DNA of 64,000 nt. It comes from Thermoanaerobaculia bacterium. GTDB lineage: Bacteria > Acidobacteriota > Thermoanaerobaculia > Multivoradales > UBA5704. The stretch spans positions 123,549 through 187,548 of the forward strand of contig JBGAGQ010000005.1 in assembly GCA_044226625.1 (NCBI GenBank). The letters run 5' to 3'. Each line of letters opens with the position of its first letter. Within the stretch, counting starts at the first letter, position 1. The position numbers and the translations under genes are program-made. The notes under the pieces are model-generated. The model was not told the DNA's origin, did no database searches, and was given only the letters and a program-made list of their open reading frames with translations. Below are positions 28,028 to 39,056 of this stretch, in pieces.

Positions 28028-29302
28028 ATGCCCCGTTCTCTCCGTTTCCTCGCGGCCGTCGTCTGCCTCCTGGCCTTCGCCTCGGCTCCGAGGGGAGCCC
28101 AGGCGGCCGGCGAAGGGCGCCTCCTCGGGACCGTGCTCGACGGTTCGGGCGCGCCACTACCGGACGTCCTCGTCACGGTCACCCGGGAAGGGGTGGCCAA
28201 CTACAAGCAGGAAAAGAAGACCGACAAGAAGGGCCAGTTCACGGTCATCGTGCTCGACGCCACGGTGACCTACAAATTCTCGCTGGCGAAGGAAGGCTTC
28301 CTGACCCTCGAGCAGGATCTGAAGCTCAAGCTCGAGGAGACGATGCGCCAGACCTTCACCTTGCTTCCGGCCAAAGCCGCCGCGCCGAAGATGTCGGCCG
28401 AGGAGCTGGCGAAGCTCGAGGCGAAGAACCAGGCGATCGCGGCCTTCAACGAAGGGGTGGCGGCGTTCAACGCCAAGGACATGGCGACCGCGGCCGAGAA
28501 GTTCAAGCAGGCGACCGACCTCGACCCGTCGATCCAGCAGGGGTATGCCGCGTTGGCCGAGGCGTACATGGACCTCGGCAAGTGGAACGAGGCGCTCGCG
28601 GCGATCGACCGCTTCCTCGAGCAGGCTCCCGGCGACAAGCGCGGCCTCCAAGACCGCTACGACATCCTGAAGGAGATGGGGGACAAGGCGAAGGCCGCCC
28701 CGGCGCTCGAAGCCCTGATCACGGCCGATCCGAGCCACGACACGGCGGTCCGGGTGTTCAACCTCGGCGCCGAGGCGTCCCGCGCTGGGGAGACCGACGC
28801 GGCGATCGGCTACTTGGAGCGCGCGCTCACGATCGAGCCTACCCTGTCTCCGGCGTCGTCCGCTCTCGGCAGCCTCTATCTCAAGAAGAAGGATTACCCG
28901 AAAGCGCTCGCGTTCGCGGAGAAGACCCTGACCGCCAAGCCCGGCGACCTGGAAGCGATGACCCTCCGGTACGAGACCTATCGCGCGATGGGCGACAAGG
29001 CGAAGGCGTCCGAGGCTCAGGCGGCGATGCAGGCGGCGAGCGCCGCGTCCTCGCCCGAAGAGCTGTACAAGCAAGGGGTGGCTCTCTACAACGCCAACAA
29101 CTCGACTGCCGCGCGCGCGACCTTCGAGACGCTGCTCCAGCGCGACCCGAACCACGCCAAGGCGCACTTCCTGCTCGGGAGCATCCTGGTGAGCACCGGC
29201 GAGAACGCCGGAGCGAAGGAGCACCTCCAGAAGTTCATCGACCTCGCGCCGACCGACCCGGACGCCGCGACGGCCCAAGAGATGCTCGCCTACCTCAAGT
29301 AG
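28028..29302 (+). CDS. Secreted TPR protein with carboxypeptidase-regulatory-like domain
   Basis: Signal peptide; GTVLDGSGAPLPDV..TDKKGQF; multiple TPRs. Confidence 0.9.
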   Translation: MPRSLRFLAAVVCLLAFASAPRGAQAAGEGRLLGTVLDGSGAPLPDVLVTVTREGVANYKQEKKTDKKGQFTVIVLDATVTYKFSLAKEGFLTLEQDLKLKLEETMRQTFTLLPAKAAAPKMSAEELAKLEAKNQAIAAFNEGVAAFNAKDMATAAEKFKQATDLDPSIQQGYAALAEAYMDLGKWNEALAAIDRFLEQAPGDKRGLQDRYDILKEMGDKAKAAPALEALITADPSHDTAVRVFNLGAEASRAGETDAAIGYLERALTIEPTLSPASSALGSLYLKKKDYPKALAFAEKTLTAKPGDLEAMTLRYETYRAMGDKAKASEAQAAMQAASAASSPEELYKQGVALYNANNSTAARATFETLLQRDPNHAKAHFLLGSILVSTGENAGAKEHLQKFIDLAPTDPDAATAQEMLAYLK

Positions 29303-29323
29303 AGAGATGATTCGAGCGACGGC

Positions 29324-29350
29324 AGGCCGGATCCGCGACGGATCCGGCCT
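29324..29350. terminator. Hairpin between convergent genes
   Basis: AGGCCGGATCCG-CGA-CGGATCCGGCCT, perfect 12-bp stem. Confidence 0.55.
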
Positions 29351-29359
29351 CCGGCCGCC

Positions 29360-30043
29360 TCAGTCGCGCGCGACGCGCTCTTCTTTCGTGATCCAGCCGT
29401 CCATCAGATGGACGACTCGATTGCCGTACTGGGCGTTCTTCTCGGAATGGGTGACCTGGACGATCGTCGTCCCCTGCCGGTTCAAATCGCGGAACAGCTC
29501 CATGATCTCCTCGGCCTGGGCCGAATGGAGGTTCCCGGTCGGCTCGTCGGCGAGCAGGAGCTTCGGCCCTCCGACGACGGCGCGCGCGACGCCGACCAGC
29601 TGCTGTTGGCCGCCCGAGAGCTGTGGCGGGAAGAGGTCCTTCTTGCCGACGATGCGGAAGCGGTCGAGCGCCTCGGCGACCAGCGCTTCACGCTCCGCTT
29701 TCCTGACGTTGCGATAGGAGAGCGGCAGGTCGAGGTTCTCGGCGACCGTGAGGTTGTCGAGCAGGTGGTAGCTCTGGAACACGAAGCCGATGTTCTGCTT
29801 GTTGAGCTCCAAGCGCTGCTTCGGCTTGAGCGCGTGGACCGGCTGGCCGAGGAATCGGTACTGGCCGCTCCAGGCGTGATCGAGCATGCCGATGATCGAC
29901 ATCAGCGTCGTCTTGCCCGAGCCCGAAGGACCCATGATGGTGACGAAATCCCCTTCGTCGACCTTGAGGTTCACTTGACGGAGGACCCATACCTGTCCGG
30001 GGCCGGCGGGATACGTTTTTTCCAGGTTCTCGATCTCGATCAT
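29360..30043 (-). CDS. ABC transporter ATP-binding protein (MacB/LolD-like)
   Basis: GPSGSGKT, LSGGQQQ, LADEPTGNLH, VTH. Confidence 0.93.
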   Translation of the reverse strand: MIEIENLEKTYPAGPGQVWVLRQVNLKVDEGDFVTIMGPSGSGKTTLMSIIGMLDHAWSGQYRFLGQPVHALKPKQRLELNKQNIGFVFQSYHLLDNLTVAENLDLPLSYRNVRKAEREALVAEALDRFRIVGKKDLFPPQLSGGQQQLVGVARAVVGGPKLLLADEPTGNLHSAQAEEIMELFRDLNRQGTTIVQVTHSEKNAQYGNRVVHLMDGWITKEERVARD

Positions 30044-30176
30044 GGTTCTCTCTACGAACGGAGGGGGAAAAGGATTTCGTCCCGCAACCTTCGCATTGGA
30101 GAGTAGCAAACGCCCGGCGGAAAGAGGACGCGGCCCAGGCTTGGGTCTCGCGGGGACCCGGGAGAGGGGGAACCGG

Positions 30177-30215
30177 AAAAAGGGGGCGGTGGGCTCGTGC
30201 CGTACCCACCGCCCC
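30177..30215 (-). terminator. Intrinsic terminator
   Basis: 11-bp stem GGGGCGGTGGG/CCCACCGCCCC followed by T5 on the minus strand. Confidence 0.75.
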
Positions 30216-30240
30216 GAGGCCGGATGTCTAGGAGGGGGTG

Positions 30241-30681
30241 TTATCGCGGGTTGTTGATCCGGTCCTTCAAGGCTTCGTACTGGAGCAGCTGTTCCGCGGT
30301 GAGGATCGCCGAGAAGTCGTCGTCGAAATCCTGAAGCTTGTCCTCGATCTGCTCGTATTTCCCGTGACGGCTGACCACCAGGGCGCCGATCGCGCAGGCG
30401 TCCGGATTGGTCGCGTTCAGCGCTTCGCGGATCTGCTCGGACAGCGTCTTGATTTCCGCGCCGATCGGCCGGATCGCGGTCCGCGTGGTGCCCACCAAGG
30501 TGCGCAAGGTCGACGTCTGGGTGGCCGTGAGATGGAGCGTGCGGACGAGGATCTGCGGGTTCTTGACGAACTGGGCGAGCGCTTTGTTCTCGCCACCCTC
30601 CTCCTGGGCGCGCACGGGGGCGGTCGACAGCACGGCGGCGAGGGCGACGAGTCCGAGGAGGAAAAGGCGTTTCGGCTGCAT
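30241..30681 (-). CDS. Spy/CpxP-like periplasmic protein
   Basis: Signal peptide; LTATQ and ILTAEQ (LTxxQ) motifs; AAGGAG RBS. Confidence 0.8.
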   Translation of the reverse strand: MQPKRLFLLGLVALAAVLSTAPVRAQEEGGENKALAQFVKNPQILVRTLHLTATQTSTLRTLVGTTRTAIRPIGAEIKTLSEQIREALNATNPDACAIGALVVSRHGKYEQIEDKLQDFDDDFSAILTAEQLLQYEALKDRINNPR

Positions 30682-30803
30682 GGGTCTCTCCTTTGGTTCT
30701 ACGCGTTTCTCGGGTTCGTTACGGCGACGGTACGTGTTCTTCGGACGTTGAAACCCGCCTCGTCCCGATTTCCTGCGGGTCGTCCCGAGATTCGTGAGGC
30801 GTC

Positions 30804-30842
30804 AAAAACGAAACCGCCCGGCGGTGCCGGGCGGTTTCGTTT
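30804..30842 (-). terminator. Intrinsic terminator, possibly bidirectional
   Basis: 17-bp perfect stem AAACGAAACCGCCCGGC/GCCGGGCGGTTTCGTTT. Confidence 0.8.
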
Positions 30843-30884
30843 CCGAAATTGGGCGCGCTCGAAAGCGCCGGGGAGAGCGTTCGA

Positions 30885-31634
<750 letters not shown>

Positions 31635-31707
31635 GGGTTCCCCCCTCGGTTGCAGCGATTCCGGGTCTGCTCGATCAAATCAGATTCGATCGAGTTTATC
31701 CAGCGTT

Positions 31708-32961
31708 TTAGTCCAGTTTGATACGGTTTACGTTATCCCACGCGGAGGTGTCGGAGAGGATCACCTGATCGCCCACCTGGAGCCCGCTCACCAGCTCGAT
31801 CGTGTTGACCGAGCTGCGGCCGAGCTGGACCGGCACCTTGACCGCCGCTTTCCCGCCCTCGACCAGCTTGAACATCTCGATCTTGCTGTTCGGCTGACCG
31901 TACGCCGGCCGCCCGACGAACATTACGTCGGGGAGCCGCTCGATCTCGATCGTGCCGTCGACCGCGAGGTCGGGGCGGGCGCCCTTGGGCAGCGACGCGG
32001 TGAGCGCCACGTCGACCGTGACGGTGCCTTCCTGGACCGACGGCGCGATACGCGCTACGCGACCGGCGACGATGCCGTTGCGCGTGTCGATCGAGGCGGT
32101 CTGGCCGAGCGCCACGTCCTTGGCCTGAGTTTCCGGAATGCGTAGCTCCGCTTTGAGCTCGCCCGGCCGCGCGACCCGTGCCAGGTTCGTTCCCGGCGTG
32201 ACCCGCTGGCCGACCTGGACCGGCAGCTCCTGGAGGATGCCCGAGATGCCGGCGCGGACGCGGAGCCCTTCGACCTGATGGCGCCGCAGCTCGACGAGGG
32301 TCTGCGCCTGCTCGACCCGCGCCCGCTGGGCGGCGAGCTGGGCGGATGCCGACTCGTTGCTCTTGGTCACCCGCTCCGATTCGATCCCGGCTTGGCGGCC
32401 GAGCTGGTCGGCGCGCAGCCGGGAAAGGCGGAGCGTGAGGTCGGGGATCAGACCGTCCTTGGCGAGCTGCTGGTTCGCCTCGGCGGTGAGCTTGGCCTCC
32501 TGCGCCTGCGACTCGACCGCCGCGGCCTGGGAGCGCTGGTTCAAGACCTCGCTCGCGAGGCGGGCACGCAGGTCCTCGAAATCGGCGTTCGCGGTTTGCA
32601 GCTGTGACTCGGCGTCGCGAAACTCCTGTTCGAGCTCCGGGTTCGACAGCTCGAGCAGGATCGTCTCCGGCTCGACCGCGACGCCCGGCAAGGCGGGAAT
32701 TCGCTCGACCCGGCCGTCCTGGGACGCCGACAGCCATCGGATGTCGACCGGCACCAGGTTGCCCGGTCCGCGCACCTGGCGCAGCATCGAGCCGCGCTGC
32801 ACGGTATCGACCCAGACGGTTTCGCGCTCGACCGAGGGCGCGGCGGGCTTCAGCCGCGAGATGAAGAAGGTGATCAGCCCGATGGCGAGGACGCCGAGGG
32901 CGCCCCAGAGGATGCGCTGGTTGCGGCGTTTCCGGGTTTGGTCGGGTCGTTGAATATCCAT
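31708..32961 (-). CDS. Efflux periplasmic adaptor subunit (MacA/HlyD-like)
   Basis: N-terminal TM, lipoyl halves, coiled coil and GLQVGDQVI. Confidence 0.92.
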   Translation of the reverse strand: MDIQRPDQTRKRRNQRILWGALGVLAIGLITFFISRLKPAAPSVERETVWVDTVQRGSMLRQVRGPGNLVPVDIRWLSASQDGRVERIPALPGVAVEPETILLELSNPELEQEFRDAESQLQTANADFEDLRARLASEVLNQRSQAAAVESQAQEAKLTAEANQQLAKDGLIPDLTLRLSRLRADQLGRQAGIESERVTKSNESASAQLAAQRARVEQAQTLVELRRHQVEGLRVRAGISGILQELPVQVGQRVTPGTNLARVARPGELKAELRIPETQAKDVALGQTASIDTRNGIVAGRVARIAPSVQEGTVTVDVALTASLPKGARPDLAVDGTIEIERLPDVMFVGRPAYGQPNSKIEMFKLVEGGKAAVKVPVQLGRSSVNTIELVSGLQVGDQVILSDTSAWDNVNRIKLD

Positions 32962-33154
32962 GCGTGGGGGCTCCGAACGGTCTCGCAAGCTGTACGGCGT
33001 CTAGCCGGGAATGTTTCCGAGAATCGTGCCTTGGTAGGGGCGCGGGTCGGGAGGGAAGGTTCGATGGACGCTCCTGCGTCCATTCCTCGCAGGTGCACCG
33101 ATCGGGGGAAACGGGGACGGAGGCGCGGGGGAGAGGGTGTCAGGGGGGCTGAAT

Positions 33155-33685
33155 TCAACTCGAAACGCGGCCGGGAGAGCCGCCACGCCGCGCCTGACCG
33201 AGCAGATGGCCCACCTCGGGCAGAATCAGCCGGTCGAACGCGAGCGTCACTGCCTTGGGCGACCCGGGCAGGAGAAAGACGGCGCGGCCGGCGACGAGGC
33301 CGGCCGCCGCGCGGGAGAGCATCGCCGCGGCACCCACGTCCGAGTAAGAGAGCATTCGGAACAGCTCGCCGAAACCCTCGACCGGACGTTCGAACAGTGG
33401 AGCCGCTGCCTCGATCGTTACGTCGCGGGGGGAAAAGCCAGTGCCACCGGACACGGCGACGACGTCCACCCGCTCGGTCTGCAGCGCCTCGCGGATCGCC
33501 GCTCGGATCGACTCGATTTCGTCCGGCACGATCGCGGAGCGGACGACCGCGTGGCCGGCCGAGAGAGCCCGCTCGCGCATCGTCCGGCCCGACGTGTCGG
33601 TTTCCGCGGTCCGCGAGTCGCTCACCGTGATCAGCGCGAAGCCGAGCCCCGAGGGAGCGTAGGCCCGATGCTCCTCGGCGCTCAT
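33155..33685 (-). CDS. moaB: MogA/MoaB molybdopterin biosynthesis protein
   Basis: ITVSD, GGTGFSPRDVT, GFGELFR, LSRA, LPGSP. Confidence 0.9.
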   Translation of the reverse strand: MSAEEHRAYAPSGLGFALITVSDSRTAETDTSGRTMRERALSAGHAVVRSAIVPDEIESIRAAIREALQTERVDVVAVSGGTGFSPRDVTIEAAAPLFERPVEGFGELFRMLSYSDVGAAAMLSRAAAGLVAGRAVFLLPGSPKAVTLAFDRLILPEVGHLLGQARRGGSPGRVSS

Positions 33686-33695
33686 CGGCTCCCGA

Positions 33696-33953
33696 TCAGC
33701 CCTTCACCTTGTGGTAGATGAAGAGGACGATCAGCGCGCCCAGGACCGCGATGATCAGGCTGCGCCAATCGAAGCCCGAGATGCCGCCGAATCCCGCCAG
33801 CGTCGCAACCCAGCCGCCGACCACCGCACCCACGATGCCGATCAAAGGGGTGACGAAGCAGCCGCCCGGATCTTTGCCCGGCATGATCAACCGCGCGAGC
33901 CAACCGGCTAGCGCGCCGAAGACCACCCACGAGATCAAACCCATTCCTGCCAT
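33696..33953 (-). CDS. GlsB/YeaQ/YmgE family membrane protein
   Basis: GALAGWLARLIMPG, GIVGAVVGG, AVLGALIVL. Confidence 0.9.
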   Translation of the reverse strand: MAGMGLISWVVFGALAGWLARLIMPGKDPGGCFVTPLIGIVGAVVGGWVATLAGFGGISGFDWRSLIIAVLGALIVLFIYHKVKG

Positions 33954-33995
33954 TTCGGTTCCTCCTTCCGGCGTATCGCCCGTTTAGAATGCCGT

Positions 33996-36641
33996 ATGCC
34001 CGAATCCCGTCCCCGTCTCTTCCTGATCGACGGCTACTCGAACATTTTCAGAGCCTACTACGCGATCCGAAATCTCTCGAATTCTCGCGGCGAGCCCACC
34101 AACGCCGTCTACGGTTTCATCCAGATGCTCAAGAAGCTCCTCCGCGAGGAGAGCCCGGAGCTGATCGGCGTGGCGCTCGACGTCGGAGGGCGCACGGTCC
34201 GGACCGAGAAGTTCGAGGCCTACAAGGCGAACCGGCAGCCCACGCCCGAAGACCTCAAGAGCCAGGTCCCGCTGGTCCGGCGCGCGCTCGACGCGTACCG
34301 GATCCCGATCCTCGAGCTGTCCGGCTACGAGGCCGATGACGTTTTAGGCACCCTCGCGCTCAAGGCCGCCGGCCAGGGGTTCGACGTCGTCCTGGTCTCG
34401 GCCGACAAGGACCTGATGCAGCTCGTCGGGCCCCACGTTTTCCTCTACCACACCGGTCGCAACAAGCTTTACGGCCCGGCCGAGGTGACCGAGGATTTCG
34501 GTCTGCCGCCCGAGAAGGTGATCGACGTCCTGGCGCTCATGGGCGACGCGGTCGACAACGTCCCGGGCGTCCCGGGGATCGGCGACAAAGGGGCCAAGGC
34601 GCTGATCCAGGAATACGGCTCGCTCGAAAACCTGCTGGAACGGGCCGGGGACATCTCGCGGAAGAGCTACCGCGAAGGGCTGCTCGCCCACCGCGATCAA
34701 GCTCTTCTCTCTAAAGACCTGGTGACCATCCACACCGACCTGCCGGTCGGTCTGGACCTGACCGCGCTGCGGCTCGAGAGCCCGGACGAGGACGCCCTGC
34801 GCGCCCTGTTCGCCGAGCTCGAGTTCTTCTCGCTGCTCGAAGAGCTCAAGGCCTCCGCGCGGTCGCGGCCGACCGAGATCGCCGCGGCCGAGGAGATCCT
34901 CGATCCGGAGGGATTTGCCGCGGTAACCGGCGCGATCGGCGCGACCGGCGCAGAGGTGTGCGCGGCGCTGCTCTGCGGCGACCGGCCGCTCGGCTTCGCC
35001 TGGCTCGGCGAGGACGGCGCTCCGCGATACGTCGACCTGCGGCGCGACGACATGACAGCAGGAGTGCTCGCGCTCCTCCGGGAGTGGCTCGGCCGCGGCG
35101 GCCTCTCGTTGATCGGCCACGACGTCAAAGAGCTGATGCGCCTCGTCCCGACCGCTCCGGCCGCCGCCGCGCTGTTCGACGAGATGTTGGTCTCCTATCT
35201 GATCAAGCCATCGATCCACGGCCATGCGCTCGAGGAGCTGGCGATCGAGCGGCTGGACCGGACGCTCCTCACCGCGAAAGAAGTCGGCTGGGACAAGGGG
35301 CAGGAGCCGCCGGTGGGCGACCCTCGGCTCGCCCTTTACGCAGGCGAGCGACTGGCGACGATCCGCGCGCTCGAGGCGCCGATGCGCGCCGAGCTCTCCG
35401 CGGCGGGCACCCTCGGGAAGGTCTACGAGGAGATCGAGAGGCCCCTCCTCTCGGTTCTGGTGCGCATGGAGGAGACCGGCATCCTCCTCGACGTGCCGTT
35501 CCTGCGCGAGATGTCGAGCGAGCTGTCGGCCGAGACGCTCAAGCTCGAAGAGGAGATCTTCGACCTCGCGGGCGAGAAGTTCAATTTGGGATCGCCGCAG
35601 CAGCTCGGGGTCCTCCTGTTCGAAAAACTCGGGTACCCGGTGCTCAAGCGGACCCAGAAGACCAAGAGCTATTCGACCGGGGCGGAGATCCTCGAAGAGC
35701 TCGCCGCCCGCGGTTACCCCATCGCCGAGCGGATCCTGCGCTACCGCGAGCTCACCAAGCTCCAGTCCACCTACGTCGAGGCGTTGCCCGGGATGGTCGG
35801 CTCCGACGGCCGCATCCATACCCGCTTCAACCAGGCGGTGGCGGCGACCGGACGGCTCTCCTCGGCCAACCCGAACCTGCAGAACATCCCTGTCCGCACC
35901 GAGATCGGCCAGCGCATCCGGCGCGCGTTCGTCGCCGCGCCCGGCCACCTGCTGGTGGTCGCCGACTACAGCCAGATCGAGCTGCGCATCCTCGCCCATA
36001 TCGCTGAGGATCCGACCTTGGTGGCCGCCTTCGCGGCCGGGGAGGACATCCACCGGGCGACCGCCGCGCAGGTGCTCCACGTCGATCCCGAGTTGGTGAC
36101 GCCCGAGCAGCGCCGTGCCGCCAAGGTGATCAACTTCGGCATCCTCTACGGCATGAGCGCTTTCGGCCTCGCGGCGAACTTGAAGATCCCGCAGAAGGAC
36201 GCCGACCGCTTCATCCGCGAGTACCTGGAACGTTTCCCGGGCGTTCGGCGTTACATCGAGGAGACCGAGGCCGCGGCGGAACGGGAGGGCAAAGTGGAGA
36301 CCCTCTACGGCCGCGTCCGTTGGCTGCCCGACATCCAGAGCAAGAACCGCAACCTGCGCGAGAACGCCAAGCGAATGGCGATCAACGCGCGCATCCAAGG
36401 AACCGCCGCCGACCTCTTGAAGCTGGCGATGATCGCGGTCGACGTCCGCCTCGCGGCCGACTTCCCCGACGTCCGCCTGCTGCTGACCGTCCACGACGAG
36501 CTCGTGTTCGAAGCGCCAGCGGCCGAGGCCGAGCGCGTAGCGGTCGCGGTCGCGGAGGAGATGGAAGGAGTCGCGCAGCTGCGGGTGCCGCTGGTCGTCG
36601 ACACCGGCCACGGCGCGAACTGGTACGAGGCCAAGGCTTGA
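33996..36641 (+). CDS. polA: DNA polymerase I
   Basis: [41 protein letters not shown]. Confidence 0.98.
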   Translation: MPESRPRLFLIDGYSNIFRAYYAIRNLSNSRGEPTNAVYGFIQMLKKLLREESPELIGVALDVGGRTVRTEKFEAYKANRQPTPEDLKSQVPLVRRALDAYRIPILELSGYEADDVLGTLALKAAGQGFDVVLVSADKDLMQLVGPHVFLYHTGRNKLYGPAEVTEDFGLPPEKVIDVLALMGDAVDNVPGVPGIGDKGAKALIQEYGSLENLLERAGDISRKSYREGLLAHRDQALLSKDLVTIHTDLPVGLDLTALRLESPDEDALRALFAELEFFSLLEELKASARSRPTEIAAAEEILDPEGFAAVTGAIGATGAEVCAALLCGDRPLGFAWLGEDGAPRYVDLRRDDMTAGVLALLREWLGRGGLSLIGHDVKELMRLVPTAPAAAALFDEMLVSYLIKPSIHGHALEELAIERLDRTLLTAKEVGWDKGQEPPVGDPRLALYAGERLATIRALEAPMRAELSAAGTLGKVYEEIERPLLSVLVRMEETGILLDVPFLREMSSELSAETLKLEEEIFDLAGEKFNLGSPQQLGVLLFEKLGYPVLKRTQKTKSYSTGAEILEELAARGYPIAERILRYRELTKLQSTYVEALPGMVGSDGRIHTRFNQAVAATGRLSSANPNLQNIPVRTEIGQRIRRAFVAAPGHLLVVADYSQIELRILAHIAEDPTLVAAFAAGEDIHRATAAQVLHVDPELVTPEQRRAAKVINFGILYGMSAFGLAANLKIPQKDADRFIREYLERFPGVRRYIEETEAAAEREGKVETLYGRVRWLPDIQSKNRNLRENAKRMAINARIQGTAADLLKLAMIAVDVRLAADFPDVRLLLTVHDELVFEAPAAEAERVAVAVAEEMEGVAQLRVPLVVDTGHGANWYEAKA

Positions 36642-36682
36642 CGAGACCGGCCGGGTGGCCCCGGCCGGACAAGGAGAGACCC

Positions 36683-37330
36683 ATGATCTTCGGCGCCAAG
36701 ACCCGATTGACCCGCCCGGAGGACGCACTCCTCGGGCGTTCGACCCCGATGGACGTACCCGAGCGGCACTTCGTCCTCGGCACCCCGCTCGCCCCGCCGT
36801 ACCCGGAAGGCATGGAGCTCGCCCTGTTCGGGCTCGGCTGCTTCTGGGGCGCGGAGCGTCTTTACTGGAAAACGCCGGGCGTCTATTCGACCTCCGTCGG
36901 CTACGCCGGCGGTTTCACCCCGAACCCGACCTACCGCGAGGTTTGCACCGGCCAAACGGCGCACACCGAGGTCGTGCGCGTGGTGTTCGACCCCGCGAAG
37001 GTGACTTACGCCACCCTGCTCCAGATCTTCTGGGAAAACCACGATCCGACCCAGGGAATGCGCCAAGGAGGCGACGTCGGCACGCAGTACCGCTCCGCGA
37101 TCTACACCTATGGCGCCGAGCAGGCATCCGCTGCCGCCGCGAGCCGAGCCACCTATCAAAAGCGCCTCACCGCCGCGGGCTACGGCGAGATCACCACGGA
37201 GATCGCCGCGGCCCCGGAGTACTACTTCGCCGAGGACTACCACCAGCAGTACCTGGCGAAGAAACCCGACGGCTACTGCGGCATCGGCGGCACGGGGGTC
37301 TCCTGCCCGATCGGTCTCGCGGCGGTATAG
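36683..37330 (+). CDS. msrA: Peptide-methionine (S)-S-oxide reductase
   Basis: [28 protein letters not shown]; AAGGAG RBS. Confidence 0.96.
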   Translation: MIFGAKTRLTRPEDALLGRSTPMDVPERHFVLGTPLAPPYPEGMELALFGLGCFWGAERLYWKTPGVYSTSVGYAGGFTPNPTYREVCTGQTAHTEVVRVVFDPAKVTYATLLQIFWENHDPTQGMRQGGDVGTQYRSAIYTYGAEQASAAAASRATYQKRLTAAGYGEITTEIAAAPEYYFAEDYHQQYLAKKPDGYCGIGGTGVSCPIGLAAV

Positions 37331-37348
37331 ACAAGATTTCCGCCGGAG

Positions 37349-38599
37349 TCAGCTCGCCAGCCGGGAGAGACAACCGTCGATCGCCTTCGCGACGCTTCGA
37401 ATGAGCGCGCGCCCGACGCCCGCTTCGGCGGCGTGGACCCGCCAGCGCGCTACGGCTTCGGCGACCCGTTCGAGAATCGAATCGGCTTCCTCCGCGGAAA
37501 TCCCCACCGTGGAGGCGAGCGCCGTCAGGTGGCCGCGTCCGGGCTCCCTTCCCTCTCCCGCGACGGTCATCGAGTGCTCGCCTGCCGGACCTTCGGCAAA
37601 CACGAGGTCGTAGGCCGGCGCGATCTCCCAGAGCCCGGATTCGCCGAGGCGGAACGTGAAGTTCTTCACGTGATCGTCGCGGTTGTGGGCGAGCACGTTG
37701 AACGCCATCCGGCGAAACGCTTCGAGCACGTCCCTGCGGTCGCGCGTCAGGATCCGGGTGGTTTCGAGGAACTGTCGATAATCGCAGCTCGGGATCCGGA
37801 AGTTGGCGTGGATCAGGTTGCCGAACGTGTGGACGTGGAACCGCCGGTTGCCCTCCCGGTCGAAGCGCTTCGCGCCGAAAAAGCGCTCGCCACGCGCCGT
37901 CTCGAACAGACGGGTCGGGGGGATCTCGAGACCCGCCTCCGCCGCCATGCGGGAGTAGGCGAGCTCGGCCGGACCGGAGTCCTTCGGCTCGGTCGGCGCG
38001 GGAAACTTGACGATCCAAGGCTCGAAGCCGTCTGGCAGATCATCTTCTCCCGAGAGGATCTCCTCCCCGCGGAGGCCCACCAGCACCTTCGGCCGGGCGC
38101 CGCCGGGGCTGCCTCCCGCGCGGAGCAGCTGGGGAAGGACCTCCCCTGCGTCCCCCTGGAGGATCTTCCGGGAGGCTTCCGCCATCCGATGGAGGTCGAG
38201 GTCCCGGTCCGGCGTCCGTTCGAGGTCGGCCGGCGGGTGATAGGTGAGGGCGCCCATCGTCCGCGTACCGAGAAACGCCAGCCGATCGAGGACCGAAACC
38301 TCCGCGGGCCGTATTCCCTGCTGGTTGAAGAAGCGATCCATCAGCAGGAGGCCCCAACCGTCGGGCAGAGAATCGTCGAACAGCCCGAAGATCGGTCCGA
38401 ACTCCCGGTCGCGATGCTCGAAGAGCCCGGGCCCGGGAGGGAGCTTGAACGGAGACAGCCAGAGCGGATCGGCGAGGAACTCGGGGGCGTACTCGAAGAC
38501 GATCCGTCGCTCCGCGGGCCGAGCGCCGCTTTCGGCGAGGAAGCCGACCACCCTCTCCGCGTCCGGGGACCTGCGCAGGCGGACCTCCAGCCGTTTCAC
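37349..38599 (-). CDS. hipA: HipA family kinase toxin
   Basis: DSLPDGWG, GGARPK, KRFDR, NRDDHVKN, PAYDL; GTG start overlaps the antitoxin stop. Confidence 0.92.
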   Translation of the reverse strand: MKRLEVRLRRSPDAERVVGFLAESGARPAERRIVFEYAPEFLADPLWLSPFKLPPGPGLFEHRDREFGPIFGLFDDSLPDGWGLLLMDRFFNQQGIRPAEVSVLDRLAFLGTRTMGALTYHPPADLERTPDRDLDLHRMAEASRKILQGDAGEVLPQLLRAGGSPGGARPKVLVGLRGEEILSGEDDLPDGFEPWIVKFPAPTEPKDSGPAELAYSRMAAEAGLEIPPTRLFETARGERFFGAKRFDREGNRRFHVHTFGNLIHANFRIPSCDYRQFLETTRILTRDRRDVLEAFRRMAFNVLAHNRDDHVKNFTFRLGESGLWEIAPAYDLVFAEGPAGEHSMTVAGEGREPGRGHLTALASTVGISAEEADSILERVAEAVARWRVHAAEAGVGRALIRSVAKAIDGCLSRLAS

Positions 38600-38931
38600 C
38601 GCCGTCCCCGCTCGCGTCGCGGCGCATGGGCGGCTCTCTGCAGCTCCGCGATCGATTGGGCCGGTGGCGGCACCAGCAGACCAGCGAAGTCGTCCAAGCG
38701 ATGGAGCGCGAAGGCGAGCGAGAGCAGACCATCGAGGGAGATCCGGCCCGAGGTCTCGAAGCGCCGAAGTGAGGCGAGGCTCACGCCGGATCGTTCCGCG
38801 AGCGTGGCCTGCTTCCAACCTCGCGCGAGCCGGAGCTCCCGGACCCTTGCGGCGAGCGATGCTCCGATCTGCTCCGGCGTGTGGAGCGAATAGCCGCTCG
38901 GCGCGCCGTCTCCATGGTGAGTTGGATTCAT
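38596..38931 (-). CDS. HipB-like Xre HTH antitoxin
   Basis: RLARGWKQATLAERSGVSLASLRRFE; directly upstream of hipA. Confidence 0.88.
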   Translation of the reverse strand: MNPTHHGDGAPSGYSLHTPEQIGASLAARVRELRLARGWKQATLAERSGVSLASLRRFETSGRISLDGLLSLAFALHRLDDFAGLLVPPPAQSIAELQRAAHAPRRERGRR

Positions 38932-39056
38932 AAGCGCCATTATACGAGCGCTTGTCGACGTTTCCGCCCGCTAAGCGCTCAAAATTGATCGATTGCTACG
39001 GGCGCCCGCCCTCCGGTCGAGCGGCGGGGCCGCGAGGCTCGTTATACTGCGCGCTC

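Noticed and set aside
36683-37330. MsrA as a second selenoprotein
   Set aside because: The active site is GCFWG encoded by TGC, with no in-frame TGA.
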